A stretch of 64,000 nt of DNA, from positions 29,319 to 93,318 of the forward strand of contig JAKPIB010000035.1 in the NCBI GenBank assembly GCA_029549985.1. The letters run 5' to 3'. The notes under the pieces are model-generated. The model was not told where the DNA came from. It was given only the letters and a program-made list of their open reading frames with translations, and did no database searches. How positions within the stretch are numbered: position 1 is the first letter of the stretch; each line of letters starts with the position of its first letter. The DNA comes from Bacillota bacterium (GTDB taxonomy: Bacteria; Bacillota; Clostridia; Caldicoprobacterales; DTU083). Positions 1-11,211 of the stretch are shown here, piece by piece. The position numbers and the translations under genes are program-made.

Positions 1-22
1 CTTGAAAGGATCTTATCATGTC

Positions 23-682
23 ATGGGCAAGAATGGTTTGTTGATTGTTATATCCGGGCCTTCAGGAGCAGGAAAAGGCACTATTTGCAAAAGCTGGCTT
101 GAGAAGCATCCAGAGGCTGTATTATCAATATCGGTCACCACCAGGCCTCCAAGACCCAACGAGAGGGATGGCGTCAACTATTTTTTCAAAAGCCGCGAAG
201 AGTTTGAAAGAATGATAGCGGAAAATGATTTTTTGGAGTATGCAGAGGTATATGGCAACTATTATGGCACTCCTAGAAGGTTTGTCCAAAGTCAGCTGTT
301 GTCAGGCAAGGATGTCATACTTGAAATAGACATACAGGGTGCCTTGAAGGTCAAAGAGCGATTTGAAGAAGGCGTATTCATATTCATTATCCCTCCCACC
401 ATGGAAGAACTCAGGCGGCGTATAGTCAAACGAGGCACTGAAGATCCCGAGACCATACTTAAAAGATTTAGAAGCGCATACGAGGAATTGAATTTCATCA
501 AAAGATACAATTATGTCGTTGTAAACGACAAGGTAGAAGAGGCTGTTAAAAAGATCGAAGCTATCATTATTGCTGAGAAATGCCGGGTCGACCGCAATAA
601 AGAACTACATTTAATATTACAGGGAGGTGCACAACATGATCTATCCAACATTGAATTCACTGATGAAAAGAGTGGACAGTAG
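23..682 (+). CDS. gmk: guanylate kinase
   Basis: ORF 2..682 with first ATG at 23. P-loop GPSGAGKGT, plus TTRPPRPNERDGVNYFF and EIDIQG motifs. Lies directly upstream of rpoZ. Confidence 0.93.
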   Translation: MGKNGLLIVISGPSGAGKGTICKSWLEKHPEAVLSISVTTRPPRPNERDGVNYFFKSREEFERMIAENDFLEYAEVYGNYYGTPRRFVQSQLLSGKDVILEIDIQGALKVKERFEEGVFIFIIPPTMEELRRRIVKRGTEDPETILKRFRSAYEELNFIKRYNYVVVNDKVEEAVKKIEAIIIAEKCRVDRNKELHLILQGGAQHDLSNIEFTDEKSGQ

Positions 683-842
683 ATATACTTTGGTTGTTGA
701 AGTGGCAAAACGGGCAAGACAGATAGTCAGTGGTGATAAGCCACTTGTAGATGGAGATATATCCAAGCCTGTATCGTTAGCTATCAGGGAGATCGATGAA
801 GGCCTGGTGACCTACAAACGCACCAAGGAAGGCTTCAAGTAA
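636..842 (+). CDS. rpoZ: DNA-directed RNA polymerase subunit omega
   Basis: ORF 627..842. ATG 636 sits 8 nt after RBS AGGGAGG (621-627). Omega-like SRYTLVVEVAKRARQI segment and conserved gmk-rpoZ order. Confidence 0.85.
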   Translation: MIYPTLNSLMKRVDSRYTLVVEVAKRARQIVSGDKPLVDGDISKPVSLAIREIDEGLVTYKRTKEGFK

Positions 843-860
843 ATCATGCTATGATATAAA

Positions 861-882
861 GGGTACAAGGTACCCCTTTTTT
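861..882 (+). terminator. putative intrinsic terminator after rpoZ
   Basis: GGGTAC-aag-GTACCC hairpin followed by a T6 run. Confidence 0.55.
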
Positions 883-915
883 CTTATTATGATTTCCAAC
901 AGGGGGTGATATGGC

Positions 916-3159
916 GTGGTTGACGGGTTCTATGCGGGGGTTGTGATAGATCGCAGCTCATCAGCGCTTGACAGGGTATTCCATTATGAGGTACCGGATG
1001 AATTCAAGGATAGAGTAAAGCTAGGTATGAGAGTGCTGGTCCCGTTTGGTCAAAGCATGGTCCAGGGATATATCATCAGCCTGGATGAGGCTACTGACAT
1101 ACCTGAACATAAGCTTAAGGCCATAAAAAAGCTTATGGATCCCTATCCCTTGATCTCTGAGAAGTTTATACCGCTGATCATGTGGGTAAAAAAAGAATAC
1201 CACTGCCCGCTGATAGAAGCCATCCATTGCTTTGTACCTCCAGGCATCAGGGTAAATATAAAGGAGAAAAAGCAAAAGGTCGCATACCTTTCTCCGGAAT
1301 ATGCCGAGAAGGCAGAGACAGCAGGCAAGCTGTCAGCCAACATGAAGGCGATCCTTCAGGCCCTTGAACAGGAGGATGGCCTACCTGTCAAGGAACTGCT
1401 TATCAATACAGGAGCATCACAATCCAGTATCAACTCCCTGGTCAGTAAAGGTCTGATTACGGTTGAGACGGAAGAAACCTACAGAAACCCCTGGCAGTAT
1501 GAAATAGATGCGACTCAACCACCTGTCTACAATGACGAGCAGAATAAAGCCATAAGTCTTATATGCAGCATGATGAGCAAGGGCGGCGGAACTGTGTTAC
1601 TGCATGGAGTAACCGGGAGCGGCAAGACAGAAGTATATATGAAAACTTCAGCCGAGGCCCTGGCAATGGACAAGCAGGTGATAGTCCTTGTGCCCGAAAT
1701 TTCCCTGACACCGCAAACCGTAGGAAGGTTCAAGTCAAGATTCGGCGACAGGGTAGCAGTCCTTCACAGCAGGCTGTCAATCGGAGAACGCTATGACGAA
1801 TGGCGCAGGATCTACAACAACAAGGTGGATATAGTTGTAGGGGCAAGATCAGCCATATTTGCACCCCTTAACCGGTTAGGCCTTGTTATAATCGACGAAT
1901 CCCATGAGGATTCATACAAGTCGGAAAAGCGGCCGCGCTATCACGCCAGGGAAATAGCCCAGATGCGATGCCGGTTGGAGAATGCTGTCCTTGTGCTCGG
2001 AAGCGCGACCCCTTCACTGGAGGATTATCACAAGGCCAGGCAGGGAGAATATCATCTGGTGGAAATGAAGCACAGGGTGGACAAACAGATCCTGCCCGAA
2101 GTGAAGATAATCGATATGCGGCAGGAGCTGGCTAAAGGCAACCGCAACATTTTCAGCCTGAGCCTTTATTCAGCCTTGAAAAAAACACTCGAAAGCCAAG
2201 AACAGGCAATACTGCTGATGAACAGGAGAGGTTATGCCCAGTTTGTTTCCTGCAGGAGCTGCGGAGAAGCGATCAAATGCGACAAGTGTGATATCACACT
2301 TACATATCACAAGAGAGGTAACAAACTGGTCTGCCACTACTGCGGACTCGAAAGGGAGTATCCGAAGGTATGTCCCAACTGTAAAAGCAGCTATATCAAG
2401 CATTTTGGTCTGGGAACACAAAGGGTGGAGGAGGAGCTGTTAAAACTGTTCCCATCAGTCCGCTTGCTCAGGATGGATCTTGACACGACATCGAGGAAGG
2501 GTGCGCACCATGATATCATAGAGGCCTTCGGCAGCGGCCGGTATGATATACTTATAGGCACACAGATGGTAGCAAAGGGACTGGATTTTCCAAATGTGAC
2601 TCTAGTAGGCGTGATAGCAGCAGACACGGCGTTGAGCCTTCCCGACTACCGGAGCAGTGAAAAGACATTTCAGCTGATTACCCAGGTGGCCGGCAGGGCC
2701 GGTAGGGGCTCTAAACCTGGTCTGGTACTGGTACAGACCTATCAGCCTGATCATTACTCGATCAGGCTGGCTTCAAAGCATGACTACAAGGAGTTTTACA
2801 ATAGAGAGATAGAGGTGAGGCGGCAATTCATATATCCGCCATACTCGCATATAATCAGGGTGTTGATCAGCGCTGCTGATGAAAAAGGGCTTATAAACTA
2901 TGCAAATGATATGTTAGAATGGACCAGGGGATATATCAACAGGGATCCTGTGCTAAGAAAGGGTCTGGTCGATATCGGTGCATATCCTGCACCGATAGAG
3001 CGGATCAACAATAAATACAGGTGGCATATAATAATAAAAATCGATACCTCCGAAGAAACCATAAGCGGTTATCATAGGCTTGCAGAAACATTGACGGAAA
3101 GGTTCCGGAGCGAAGATTTCAGCACCGCCCTGGACTTCAACCCTTTGAGCTTATTATAG
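916..3159 (+). CDS. priA: primosomal protein N' (replication restart helicase)
   Basis: 747 aa with GTG start 9 nt after AGGGGG. Walker [13 protein letters not shown] box (IIDESHE), and a Cys-rich zinc insert CRSCG..CDKCD..CHYCG..CPNC. Confidence 0.93.
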   Translation: MVDGFYAGVVIDRSSSALDRVFHYEVPDEFKDRVKLGMRVLVPFGQSMVQGYIISLDEATDIPEHKLKAIKKLMDPYPLISEKFIPLIMWVKKEYHCPLIEAIHCFVPPGIRVNIKEKKQKVAYLSPEYAEKAETAGKLSANMKAILQALEQEDGLPVKELLINTGASQSSINSLVSKGLITVETEETYRNPWQYEIDATQPPVYNDEQNKAISLICSMMSKGGGTVLLHGVTGSGKTEVYMKTSAEALAMDKQVIVLVPEISLTPQTVGRFKSRFGDRVAVLHSRLSIGERYDEWRRIYNNKVDIVVGARSAIFAPLNRLGLVIIDESHEDSYKSEKRPRYHAREIAQMRCRLENAVLVLGSATPSLEDYHKARQGEYHLVEMKHRVDKQILPEVKIIDMRQELAKGNRNIFSLSLYSALKKTLESQEQAILLMNRRGYAQFVSCRSCGEAIKCDKCDITLTYHKRGNKLVCHYCGLEREYPKVCPNCKSSYIKHFGLGTQRVEEELLKLFPSVRLLRMDLDTTSRKGAHHDIIEAFGSGRYDILIGTQMVAKGLDFPNVTLVGVIAADTALSLPDYRSSEKTFQLITQVAGRAGRGSKPGLVLVQTYQPDHYSIRLASKHDYKEFYNREIEVRRQFIYPPYSHIIRVLISAADEKGLINYANDMLEWTRGYINRDPVLRKGLVDIGAYPAPIERINNKYRWHIIIKIDTSEETISGYHRLAETLTERFRSEDFSTALDFNPLSLL

Positions 3160-3173
3160 AGAGTAAGGAGAAT

Positions 3174-3644
3174 ATGAGCATGGCAATAAGAGATGTAAAG
3201 CTATATAAAAAAGACGAGGTCCTAAGAATGAAATCCAAGCCTGTCGATAAATTCGACAATAGGCTGGAAACCCTTATATCAGACATGATCGAAACCATGT
3301 ACAAGGAAAACGGTGTAGGGCTGGCTGCGCCTCAGGTGGGTGTCTTGAAGCGGGTCGTGGTGATAGACACAGGTGAAGGCATACATGTACTTGTCAATCC
3401 GGAAATAGTCAGCCAGGAAGGCGAACAGACCGACTATGAGGGATGTCTGAGCATACCAGGATACAGGGGCAAGGTCACACGGCCGGCACAAGTGGTCGTA
3501 AAGGCCCAGGACAAGGAAGGCAAAAGCATAGAAATCAAGGGCGAGGGCCTTCTCGCAAGGGCCCTGTGCCATGAAATAGACCATCTCGACGGTATATTAT
3601 ATATAGACAAGGTTATACCCGGTACTTTGGAGGAATTGGATTGA
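3174..3644 (+). CDS. def: peptide deformylase
   Basis: Motifs [13 protein letters not shown] and HEIDH. RBS AAGGAG upstream. Confidence 0.95.
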   Translation: MSMAIRDVKLYKKDEVLRMKSKPVDKFDNRLETLISDMIETMYKENGVGLAAPQVGVLKRVVVIDTGEGIHVLVNPEIVSQEGEQTDYEGCLSIPGYRGKVTRPAQVVVKAQDKEGKSIEIKGEGLLARALCHEIDHLDGILYIDKVIPGTLEELD

Positions 3645-4606
3645 TCAGGATAGTTTTTATGGGTACACCAGAGTTCGCCATCCCCTGCCTTGAAGCCATC
3701 AAGCAAAGCGGCAACAGCCTGGTAGCTATCGTTACACAACCGGACAAGCCAAGGGGCAGGGGCAATATAATGACCCCGTCCCCTGTAAAGGAATGGGGCA
3801 TCAGAGAAGGCATACCTGTATTCCAACCGGTCAAGGTCAGGAATGACTATGATTTCATGAGCAGTATAAGGCTATTGGAGCCAGATCTCGTTGTAACGGC
3901 TGCTTTTGGCCAGATCCTGCCCCAGGAGTTCCTTGATATACCTTCCCTGGGATGCATAAATGTACATGCTTCTCTGCTACCGAAATACAGAGGCGCGTCA
4001 CCGATTCAGCATGCGCTGATCAATGGTGAAAAAGTGACCGGGATAACAATCATCTATATGGATGCGGGTATGGATACCGGGGACATCATAGCTGCCAGGG
4101 AAATCAGCATCGGTGATGATGAGAATGCCGGTGAGCTCCACGACAGGCTTGCTTGCCTGGGGGGTGAGCTGCTTCTGGAAGTGATAAAGCGGTTTGAGAA
4201 AGGCAAACCTGAAGGGGTTCCACAAGACCATGAGAAAGCAACCTATTGCGGTAAGATCGACAAGTCAATGGGTGAAATAGACTGGGACAAGAAAGCCTAT
4301 GACATAAGGAACATGATTCGGGGCCTGACACCGTGGCCAGGAGCCTTCACCTATTATAGCGGTAAGCGGCTCAAGGTATGGAAGGCAGCGGAGCGGGAAT
4401 ACTTAACACTAAACCAATACGAGCCAGGAACGGTGATCCTGGCCAATGAACGCGATGGGCTGGTTGTCAGGTGCAGGGATGGTGTCCTTCAGCTTCTGGA
4501 GCTTCAGGGAGAGGGAGGACGCAGGATGACAGCAGAGGAATATCTTCGTGGCAATCCAATACTGGAAGGAACACGGCTCGGGCAGCCGAATAGAGAGGAC
4601 AGTTGA
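3641..4606 (+). CDS. fmt: methionyl-tRNA formyltransferase
   Basis: N terminus [25 protein letters not shown] motif. TTG start overlaps the def stop. Conserved def-fmt pair. Confidence 0.95.
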   Translation: MIRIVFMGTPEFAIPCLEAIKQSGNSLVAIVTQPDKPRGRGNIMTPSPVKEWGIREGIPVFQPVKVRNDYDFMSSIRLLEPDLVVTAAFGQILPQEFLDIPSLGCINVHASLLPKYRGASPIQHALINGEKVTGITIIYMDAGMDTGDIIAAREISIGDDENAGELHDRLACLGGELLLEVIKRFEKGKPEGVPQDHEKATYCGKIDKSMGEIDWDKKAYDIRNMIRGLTPWPGAFTYYSGKRLKVWKAAEREYLTLNQYEPGTVILANERDGLVVRCRDGVLQLLELQGEGGRRMTAEEYLRGNPILEGTRLGQPNREDS

Positions 4607-5955
4607 TGGAATCAAGCGGAACCATAACAAGACAGATAGCTCTAAAGGTACTGATCGAGGTCAACAGAGACGGCAAATATGCCAATATAAGCCTGAAGGA
4701 TAATCTGCGGGCATTCAACCTAACAGACAGAGATGCTGCCTTTGTAGCCCAGCTGGTTTACGGTACTCTGGAGAGGCAGCTGACCCTGGATCACTTTCTG
4801 AACAAGTTCACCTCAATGAAGAAGGCAAACCCTTGGATCATAAATATATTAAGGCTGGGAGCATACCAGATCCTGTATTTGGACCGGGTACCTGACTCAG
4901 CCGCAGTGAATGAGGCCGTCAATCTGTGCAAGAAACACGGCCTGTTTGCGCTTAGCGGGTTTGTCAACGGAGTTTTGAGAAATATCGTACGCAGCAAGGA
5001 AAGCCTCAGGCTGCCGGACAAAAGCCTTACCAGGGTTGAGAACATGTCGCTTGTTTACAGCTTTCCGATATGGCTGACAGAAAAATGGATAAAGGAGTAT
5101 GGAGAGCTGACGGCCGAGCATATCATGCGACCGCCGCAGGCAGAGGATGTCCTGTCGATAAGGGCCAACACTTTGAAAATCGAACCGGAGACGCTGGCTG
5201 AGAAGCTCAGCATGCGTGGAGTACAAGCTGAAAAGGGACTGTATATAAGAGAAGCACTTCGATTGAAATACCCAGGTGATATAGAGGAAGATCCATTATA
5301 TAAAAACGGATATTTTACCATTCAAGGCGAAAGCTCCATGCTTGTAGCCTATACTGTAGCACCCAGGCCATGGCAGACGGTCCTGGATGCATGCAGCTCA
5401 CCAGGAGGCAAGGCCATCCACATGGCTGAACTGATGGGAAACAAGGGCAAGGTATATGCATGGGATGTACATGAACACCGGGTTGACCTGGTTCGGGCCA
5501 ATGCAAAGCGTATGGGAGCTGACTCAGTGATCCCGGAAGTCATGGATGCATCCCGTCACTCACCGGAGCTGGATGAATACTTCGACTGTGTACTGATAGA
5601 TGCTCCCTGCTCAGGATTGGGAGTTGCCCATAAGAAGCCCGATATCAAGCTAAAAGTCACTCCGCACGGGCTTGAAGAGCTGGTCAGGCTCCAGGAAAGG
5701 ATATTAGATTCATGCAGCAGATATGTGAAGCCAAATGGTGTTCTGGTATACAGCACATGTACCATCAACAAGGATGAAAATCAAAATATGATAAGCAATT
5801 TTCTGGCAGAACACAAAGAGTTCTATAGAGAGGATATAGCCCCTTATTTGCCCGCATCGCTAATGAGCGCTGCAGCAGATGGCATGATACAGCTCATACC
5901 TTACCTTCATGGTATAGACGGTTTTTTTATAGCTAGACTGAGAAAGAGGGTTTGA
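4606..5955 (+). CDS. rsmB: 16S rRNA (cytosine967-C5)-methyltransferase
   Basis: ORF 4603..5955. ATG 4606 overlaps the fmt TGA. NusB-like N-terminal domain, SAM-binding DACSSPGGK, and catalytic DAPCSG and STCT motifs. Confidence 0.9.
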   Translation: MESSGTITRQIALKVLIEVNRDGKYANISLKDNLRAFNLTDRDAAFVAQLVYGTLERQLTLDHFLNKFTSMKKANPWIINILRLGAYQILYLDRVPDSAAVNEAVNLCKKHGLFALSGFVNGVLRNIVRSKESLRLPDKSLTRVENMSLVYSFPIWLTEKWIKEYGELTAEHIMRPPQAEDVLSIRANTLKIEPETLAEKLSMRGVQAEKGLYIREALRLKYPGDIEEDPLYKNGYFTIQGESSMLVAYTVAPRPWQTVLDACSSPGGKAIHMAELMGNKGKVYAWDVHEHRVDLVRANAKRMGADSVIPEVMDASRHSPELDEYFDCVLIDAPCSGLGVAHKKPDIKLKVTPHGLEELVRLQERILDSCSRYVKPNGVLVYSTCTINKDENQNMISNFLAEHKEFYREDIAPYLPASLMSAAADGMIQLIPYLHGIDGFFIARLRKRV

Positions 5956-5957
5956 TC

Positions 5958-7013
5958 ATGGCTGAAAAACCTGATTTGCTTGATATGACGCTCGAGGAGC
6001 TGGAGCGGATCTTTGTATCATTGGATGAAAAGCCTTTCCGTGCAAGGCAGTTGTTCAAATGGCTTCATAAAGGCACGACAAGCTTTGAACAGATGACAGA
6101 CCTTCCTGCTACATTGATAGAAAAGTTAAACAGCGGCTACAGAATCGAACGCCTGGTCACCCTCGAACGTTTGGCTTCATCAGATAAGCGCACTGTAAAG
6201 TATTTGTATTTATTGAGTGATAATAATATAATAGAATGTGTTTCTATGCAATATCCATATGGCACGACCCTATGTCTTTCGACACAGGTAGGCTGCAGGA
6301 TGGGGTGCAGTTTTTGTGCATCCACTACGGGCGGACTGGTAAGAAATCTGACTGCAGGGGAGATGCTTGCGCAGGTATTGGCGGCAGACGATGATCTTGC
6401 CGAGCACAACAAGCCGAGTATCAACGGCCTTGTGCTCATGGGCTGCGGTGAGCCTCTGGACAACTATGACAATGTGTTGAAATTCATCAAGCTGGTACAC
6501 AACCCTCTTGGCTTGAATATAGGGTATAGAAATATCACCTTGTCTACCTGCGGCTTGGTGCCTAAAATGTATACACTGGCAGATGAAGGCTTGAATATAA
6601 ATTTGGCTGTCTCCTTGCATGCGCCTTATGACAGTATTCGAAGAGAGATAATGAAAATAGCTCATGCTTACAGTGTAGCTGAAGTCATAAGCGCTGCCAG
6701 ATACTATTTTGACAAGACAGGCAGAAGGGTGACCTTTGAATACGCCCTGATCAGCGGTACCAATGACAAACCGGAGCATGCGGAAGAGCTGTGCAGGCTT
6801 CTTCGTGGATTCCCATGCCATGTAAACGTGATACCGCTTAATGAGGTAAAGCACTTAAGCCGCAAAAGGAGCAGCGAGGATAGAATCAAAACGTTTATTT
6901 CGATCCTTCAGTCAAAAGGCATAAATGTAACCAGAAGGCGTGAGATGGGACTGGACATAAACGGTGCTTGTGGTCAGCTAAAAGCAGCATATCTTGAGAA
7001 AGAACGGGGGTAG
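5958..7013 (+). CDS. rlmN: 23S rRNA/tRNA A2503 C2-methyltransferase (radical SAM)
   Basis: ORF 5952..7013. ATG 5958 lies 7 nt after AAGAGGG. CxxxCxxC cluster GCRMGCSFC, and a C-terminal GACGQL motif. Confidence 0.93.
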   Translation: MAEKPDLLDMTLEELERIFVSLDEKPFRARQLFKWLHKGTTSFEQMTDLPATLIEKLNSGYRIERLVTLERLASSDKRTVKYLYLLSDNNIIECVSMQYPYGTTLCLSTQVGCRMGCSFCASTTGGLVRNLTAGEMLAQVLAADDDLAEHNKPSINGLVLMGCGEPLDNYDNVLKFIKLVHNPLGLNIGYRNITLSTCGLVPKMYTLADEGLNINLAVSLHAPYDSIRREIMKIAHAYSVAEVISAARYYFDKTGRRVTFEYALISGTNDKPEHAEELCRLLRGFPCHVNVIPLNEVKHLSRKRSSEDRIKTFISILQSKGINVTRRREMGLDINGACGQLKAAYLEKERG

Positions 7014-7020
7014 GGCATAT

Positions 7021-7776
7021 ATGGAATACGGAGCATTCACGTGTAGGGGCTCTCAGAGAAAATCCAACGAGGACTACTACTACATCCCGGGGCCTGAAGG
7101 GTCCGGCTGTGAGTTCATCATTATTGCAGACGGCATGGGCGGTCACAATGCAGGCGACCTGGCAAGCCGTACAGCCGTTGAGCTTATCAGTGCCTATTTC
7201 TGTGAAAATGTAAAGGACCACAAGGACAAAAAGCATTTGGTGGAAAGCTTGTATCAGGCTATAACAGAGGCTAATAAGAAGATATATGACATGTCGAAGA
7301 CCGAAGAACGCCTGCTGGGCATGGGGACAACTCTGACCATGGCAGTATTTGCCCATGGACTCGTGTATATAGCACATATCGGAGACAGCAGGTGCTATAT
7401 TATAAAGGGAAATGAGGTAAGGCAGATAACAAGAGACCATTCACTGGTACAGGAGCTATTGGATAATGGCAGCATTACGGCTGATGAAATGTCAGTGCAT
7501 CCCAATCGTAATATAATTACCAGAGCACTTGGTACTGAGGAAACATTGAAGATCGACTTATTTGAGGAGACCATTTCTGAAGGTGATATCGTTATTTTGT
7601 GCTCTGACGGACTCAGCAACTATGTAAAGCTGGATGAGGAACTTAGCAATATTTCCGGTGACCTGCCGGTATGTGAACTTGTGAAGGAATTGGGCGCTAA
7701 AGCACTTGCAGCAGGTAGCACTGATGATATCACTATAGTCGCTGCCAGATATACCGGTTGTGAAAAAGAGAGGTGA
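7021..7776 (+). CDS. stp: PP2C-family Ser/Thr protein phosphatase
   Basis: ORF 6994..7776 with ATG 7021. Motifs NEDYYY, ADGMGGH, LCSDGL and DDITIV. Sits next to the PASTA kinase. Confidence 0.9.
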   Translation: MEYGAFTCRGSQRKSNEDYYYIPGPEGSGCEFIIIADGMGGHNAGDLASRTAVELISAYFCENVKDHKDKKHLVESLYQAITEANKKIYDMSKTEERLLGMGTTLTMAVFAHGLVYIAHIGDSRCYIIKGNEVRQITRDHSLVQELLDNGSITADEMSVHPNRNIITRALGTEETLKIDLFEETISEGDIVILCSDGLSNYVKLDEELSNISGDLPVCELVKELGAKALAAGSTDDITIVAARYTGCEKER

Positions 7777-9689
7777 CAAGGTTGCTGGGCAAATTACTTG
7801 GCGGTAGATATGAACTCATAGAGAAAGTAGGAGGAGGAGGCATGGCTGTTGTTTATAAGGCCAGATGCCATCTCCTCAAAAGATATGTGGCAGTTAAGAT
7901 ACTAAGGCCGGAGCTTGTTGAAAATGAGGAATTCGTTCTACGCTTCAAAAGGGAATCCCAGTCCGTAGCCAGCCTGTCTCATCCTAATATTGTGAATATA
8001 TATGATGTAGGCCAGGAGGGCGACATCCATTATATAGTAATGGAATACATCGATGGCAAGACCTTGAAGGAGTACATACGAGAGAAAGGCAGGCTGGAGC
8101 CGGAAGAAGCTGTCAGGATCTGTATACAGATTTGCCAGGCCCTCAGTCATGCGCACAAAAACGGTATAGTACACAGGGACATCAAGCCCCAGAATATACT
8201 GATCAGCAATGACGGAGATGTCAAGGTGGCCGATTTTGGCATAGCCCGGGCTGCTACTACAGCAACGGTAACGATGGCGGGATCGAATGTGATCGGTTCT
8301 GTTCATTATTTTTCGCCTGAGCAGGCCAGAGGAGGCATTGTAGGACACCAATCCGATATTTACTCACTGGGCATAGTCTTATATGAGATGGTTACTGGCG
8401 TGGTGCCCTTTGAGGGCGACAGTGCTATTACCGTAGCACTCAAGCATATACAGGAGAAAATAACCCCGGTAGGGGATATAAATCCTGAAATCCCAAAGAG
8501 CCTTCAATACATCATAGAGAAAGCTACCGAAAAGGATATAAGCCTGAGATACAGGGATACCGCTGAGATGTTAAGAGACCTGAGGCGAGCACTTAAAGAA
8601 CCCGACGACAATTTTGTCAGCAAGGATATGGAAAAGGCTGCATATGATGAGCAAAACACACAGGTAATGCCTCCGATAGTTCTGCATGAAGACAGACTTG
8701 AGCGGAAGAAGAAAAAGAACGATGAGACCAAACGAAAAAAACGTACTGCTTTGATCACCATTTTATCAGTTTTGTTTATATCAGGACTGATATTGACCCT
8801 GGCCCTGGTCGGAACCAGCATTTTCAGGCAGCATTTCGGTGCAGGCGAGTCAGAGGTCCCGAAGGTAGAAGGCTATGACCTGAAGTTTGCGGAGACGATC
8901 GCAAAATCAAGCAACCTCAAGCTCCAGGTAATCGGGCGCCAGCACAGCAATGAGGTGCCTAAAAACTATATCATATCACAAAAACCCAGGCCGGGCATGA
9001 GGGTAAAAACCAACAGCATAATAGAAGTGATAGTCAGCGATGGTGTAAAGATGGTCAAAGTGCCTGATGTCCGCAACAAGCTTTTGCGGACTGCGGAGAT
9101 CGAGCTGGAAAATGCGGGGTTGACCGTTGGTGAGCCCATATATGTATACAGTGACAAACCCAGCGGCTATGTGGTCGACCAAAGCATCAAGGGGAACACG
9201 GAGGTAGAAGAAGGTACGGAGATCATACTAACTATAAGCAAGGGACCCGAGCTTGTAGGAAATTACGTTGGCTTTACAGAAGAGGCAGCAAAGCAGATGA
9301 TCATAAATGATGGATTTGAAGTAGGTGAAGTAAAAGGCGAGCATAGCAGCGAATACGCCAAAGGTATCGTTATAAGGCAGGATCCTGCTCAGGGGGAACA
9401 GATAAGAGAAGACAGAAGGATTAACCTCTGGATAAGCCTCGGACCCGAACCGGACCGAAGACTGCGCCTTAAAATAGATATACCAGGCATACAGGGCTTT
9501 GCCCGCATAAAGGTGGTCCGTATCTCTGACGATACTGTCATATACAACAATTATCATGATTTTTCCCAGGGTCCTGCATATATTGATGTTGAAGGCAAAG
9601 GCAAGGTTGACTATGATATTTATATCGATGATATCTGGTTCAGCCGGGAGACGATAGATTTCAGCAAAGAGGAGCCAGCAACAGAATGA
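7773..9689 (+). CDS. prkC: Ser/Thr protein kinase with PASTA repeats
   Basis: Hanks kinase motifs GGGGMAVVYKA, HRDIKPQN and DFG. One TM segment (LITILSVLFISGLILTLALV), then three PASTA-like repeats and a C-terminal beta-rich domain. Start is GTG 7773 (GTGA overlap with stp) or TTG 7782. Confidence 0.93.
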   Translation: MTRLLGKLLGGRYELIEKVGGGGMAVVYKARCHLLKRYVAVKILRPELVENEEFVLRFKRESQSVASLSHPNIVNIYDVGQEGDIHYIVMEYIDGKTLKEYIREKGRLEPEEAVRICIQICQALSHAHKNGIVHRDIKPQNILISNDGDVKVADFGIARAATTATVTMAGSNVIGSVHYFSPEQARGGIVGHQSDIYSLGIVLYEMVTGVVPFEGDSAITVALKHIQEKITPVGDINPEIPKSLQYIIEKATEKDISLRYRDTAEMLRDLRRALKEPDDNFVSKDMEKAAYDEQNTQVMPPIVLHEDRLERKKKKNDETKRKKRTALITILSVLFISGLILTLALVGTSIFRQHFGAGESEVPKVEGYDLKFAETIAKSSNLKLQVIGRQHSNEVPKNYIISQKPRPGMRVKTNSIIEVIVSDGVKMVKVPDVRNKLLRTAEIELENAGLTVGEPIYVYSDKPSGYVVDQSIKGNTEVEEGTEIILTISKGPELVGNYVGFTEEAAKQMIINDGFEVGEVKGEHSSEYAKGIVIRQDPAQGEQIREDRRINLWISLGPEPDRRLRLKIDIPGIQGFARIKVVRISDDTVIYNNYHDFSQGPAYIDVEGKGKVDYDIYIDDIWFSRETIDFSKEEPATE

Positions 9690-10561
9690 TGACAGGAATT
9701 ATACTAAAGGCTGTAGGTGGTTTTTATGACGTATTTTCAGATGGCAGAGTGATACGTTGCAGAGCCAGAGGCAAGTTCCGAAAGGACGGAGTAATCCCTG
9801 TTGTAGGCGATCATGTTGAAATAAACCCGGGCAGCAATGTCCAGGAAGGGACTATCGAAAATATCCTGGACCGCAGGAACTTCCTGGGTCGGCCTGCTGT
9901 CGCCAATGTAGACAATTTGATTGTTATACTAGCAGCAGCAAGCCCTGAACCCGATCTACTGCTCACCGATAAGCTCCTGATATCAGCCGAGTACAAGGGA
10001 ATTCAGCCAATAATAGTCATCAATAAGACCGACCTGGCAGACAGCGCTCGCATCGAGGCGCTTGTTGGTGAATTCCGCAATACAGGGTACCCCTGCCATG
10101 CCATTTCCGCCAAGCATAATTTAGGTCTGGAGGCCCTGGTCAAAAGCATCAAGGGTATTACTGCCCTGGCAGGGCAGTCGGGTGTCGGCAAGTCCTCTGT
10201 CATAAACAGGCTATGCCCGAAGCTGCAGCTTGAGACCGGTGATCTAAGCGTGAAGATCCAAAGAGGCAGGCACACCACAAGGCATGTTGAGCTTATAATC
10301 CTGGACGAAGGCGGCATGATTATAGACACTCCGGGTTTCAGCCAATTGGACCTGAATGAACTGCAGCCGGAGCAGTTGCAGGAATTTTATCCGGATTTCA
10401 AACCCTTCAGAGACAAATGCAGGTTTACAGGCTGTATGCATCTTAATGAACCGGACTGCGCTGTTAAAGAAGCTTTTGCTGAAGGAGAGATCTCGGAGGG
10501 CAGATACAGCCGCTATGCCAGGCTTGCTAAAGATATAATTGCCAACAGGAGGTACGATTAG
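9686..10561 (+). CDS. rsgA: ribosome small-subunit biogenesis GTPase
   Basis: Circularly permuted GTPase motifs NKTDL and GQSGVGKSS. Zinc motif CRFTGCMHLNEPDC. ATGA overlap with prkC. Confidence 0.93.
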   Translation: MMTGIILKAVGGFYDVFSDGRVIRCRARGKFRKDGVIPVVGDHVEINPGSNVQEGTIENILDRRNFLGRPAVANVDNLIVILAAASPEPDLLLTDKLLISAEYKGIQPIIVINKTDLADSARIEALVGEFRNTGYPCHAISAKHNLGLEALVKSIKGITALAGQSGVGKSSVINRLCPKLQLETGDLSVKIQRGRHTTRHVELIILDEGGMIIDTPGFSQLDLNELQPEQLQEFYPDFKPFRDKCRFTGCMHLNEPDCAVKEAFAEGEISEGRYSRYARLAKDIIANRRYD

Positions 10562-11211
10562 TGATTAAAATAGCACCGTCAATACTATCAGCGGATTTTT
10601 CCAGGCTGGGTGAGGAAATAGAAATGCTCGACAGATCAGGCGCTGATATGATCCATATCGATGTCATGGACGGACATTATGTTCCTAACCTGACTATAGG
10701 GCCTCTTGTTGTGAAAAGCATCAGGAAGTATACAGACCTGCCCTTTGACGTGCATCTTATGATGGACAATCCTATGGAGTATCTGGATGATTTCATAGCG
10801 GCCGGAGCAGACAGCATCACAGTGCATGCAGAAGTCCTCCATCACCTTCAGGGATGTCTTGCCACCATAAGAAAAAAGGGTGTAAGGGCAGCAGTAGCCC
10901 TGAATCCCTCAACTTCCCTTAGTGTACTGGATTATGTTCTGGATGATCTGGATATGGTGCTTCTGATGACAGTCAACCCGGGCTTCGGCGGCCAGGCGTT
11001 CATTCCGCAGATGCTAAGTAAAATAAAAAGTCTGCGGGATAAAGCGAATAGCATCGGAAAGCAGCTTGACATACAGGTGGACGGGGGCATAAACTCTGAA
11101 AATGTAAAGGCTGTGATCGAGGCCGGAGCCAATGTGATAGTGTCCGGCTCTTCAATATTCAGCTCCGGCGAACCGGCACTGGTGATAAAGAATATGCGCT
11201 CAAACCTTTGA
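10561..11211 (+). CDS. rpe: ribulose-phosphate 3-epimerase
   Basis: IAPSILSADF, HIDVMDGHYVPN and VNPGFGGQ motifs. GTG start overlaps the rsgA TAG by 1 nt. Confidence 0.95.
   Translation: MIKIAPSILSADFSRLGEEIEMLDRSGADMIHIDVMDGHYVPNLTIGPLVVKSIRKYTDLPFDVHLMMDNPMEYLDDFIAAGADSITVHAEVLHHLQGCLATIRKKGVRAAVALNPSTSLSVLDYVLDDLDMVLLMTVNPGFGGQAFIPQMLSKIKSLRDKANSIGKQLDIQVDGGINSENVKAVIEAGANVIVSGSSIFSSGEPALVIKNMRSNL

Noticed and set aside
6270-6854. 194-aa - strand ORF inside rlmN. Similar long antisense ORFs occur at 19479..20144, 17648..18139, 30092..30607, 31301..31837, 32457..33038, 33042..33590, 34615..35178, 45376..45909 and 47007..47591.
   Set aside because: All are embedded antisense in genes with clear family motifs. 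They have low-complexity or stop-free shadow composition and no translation signals.
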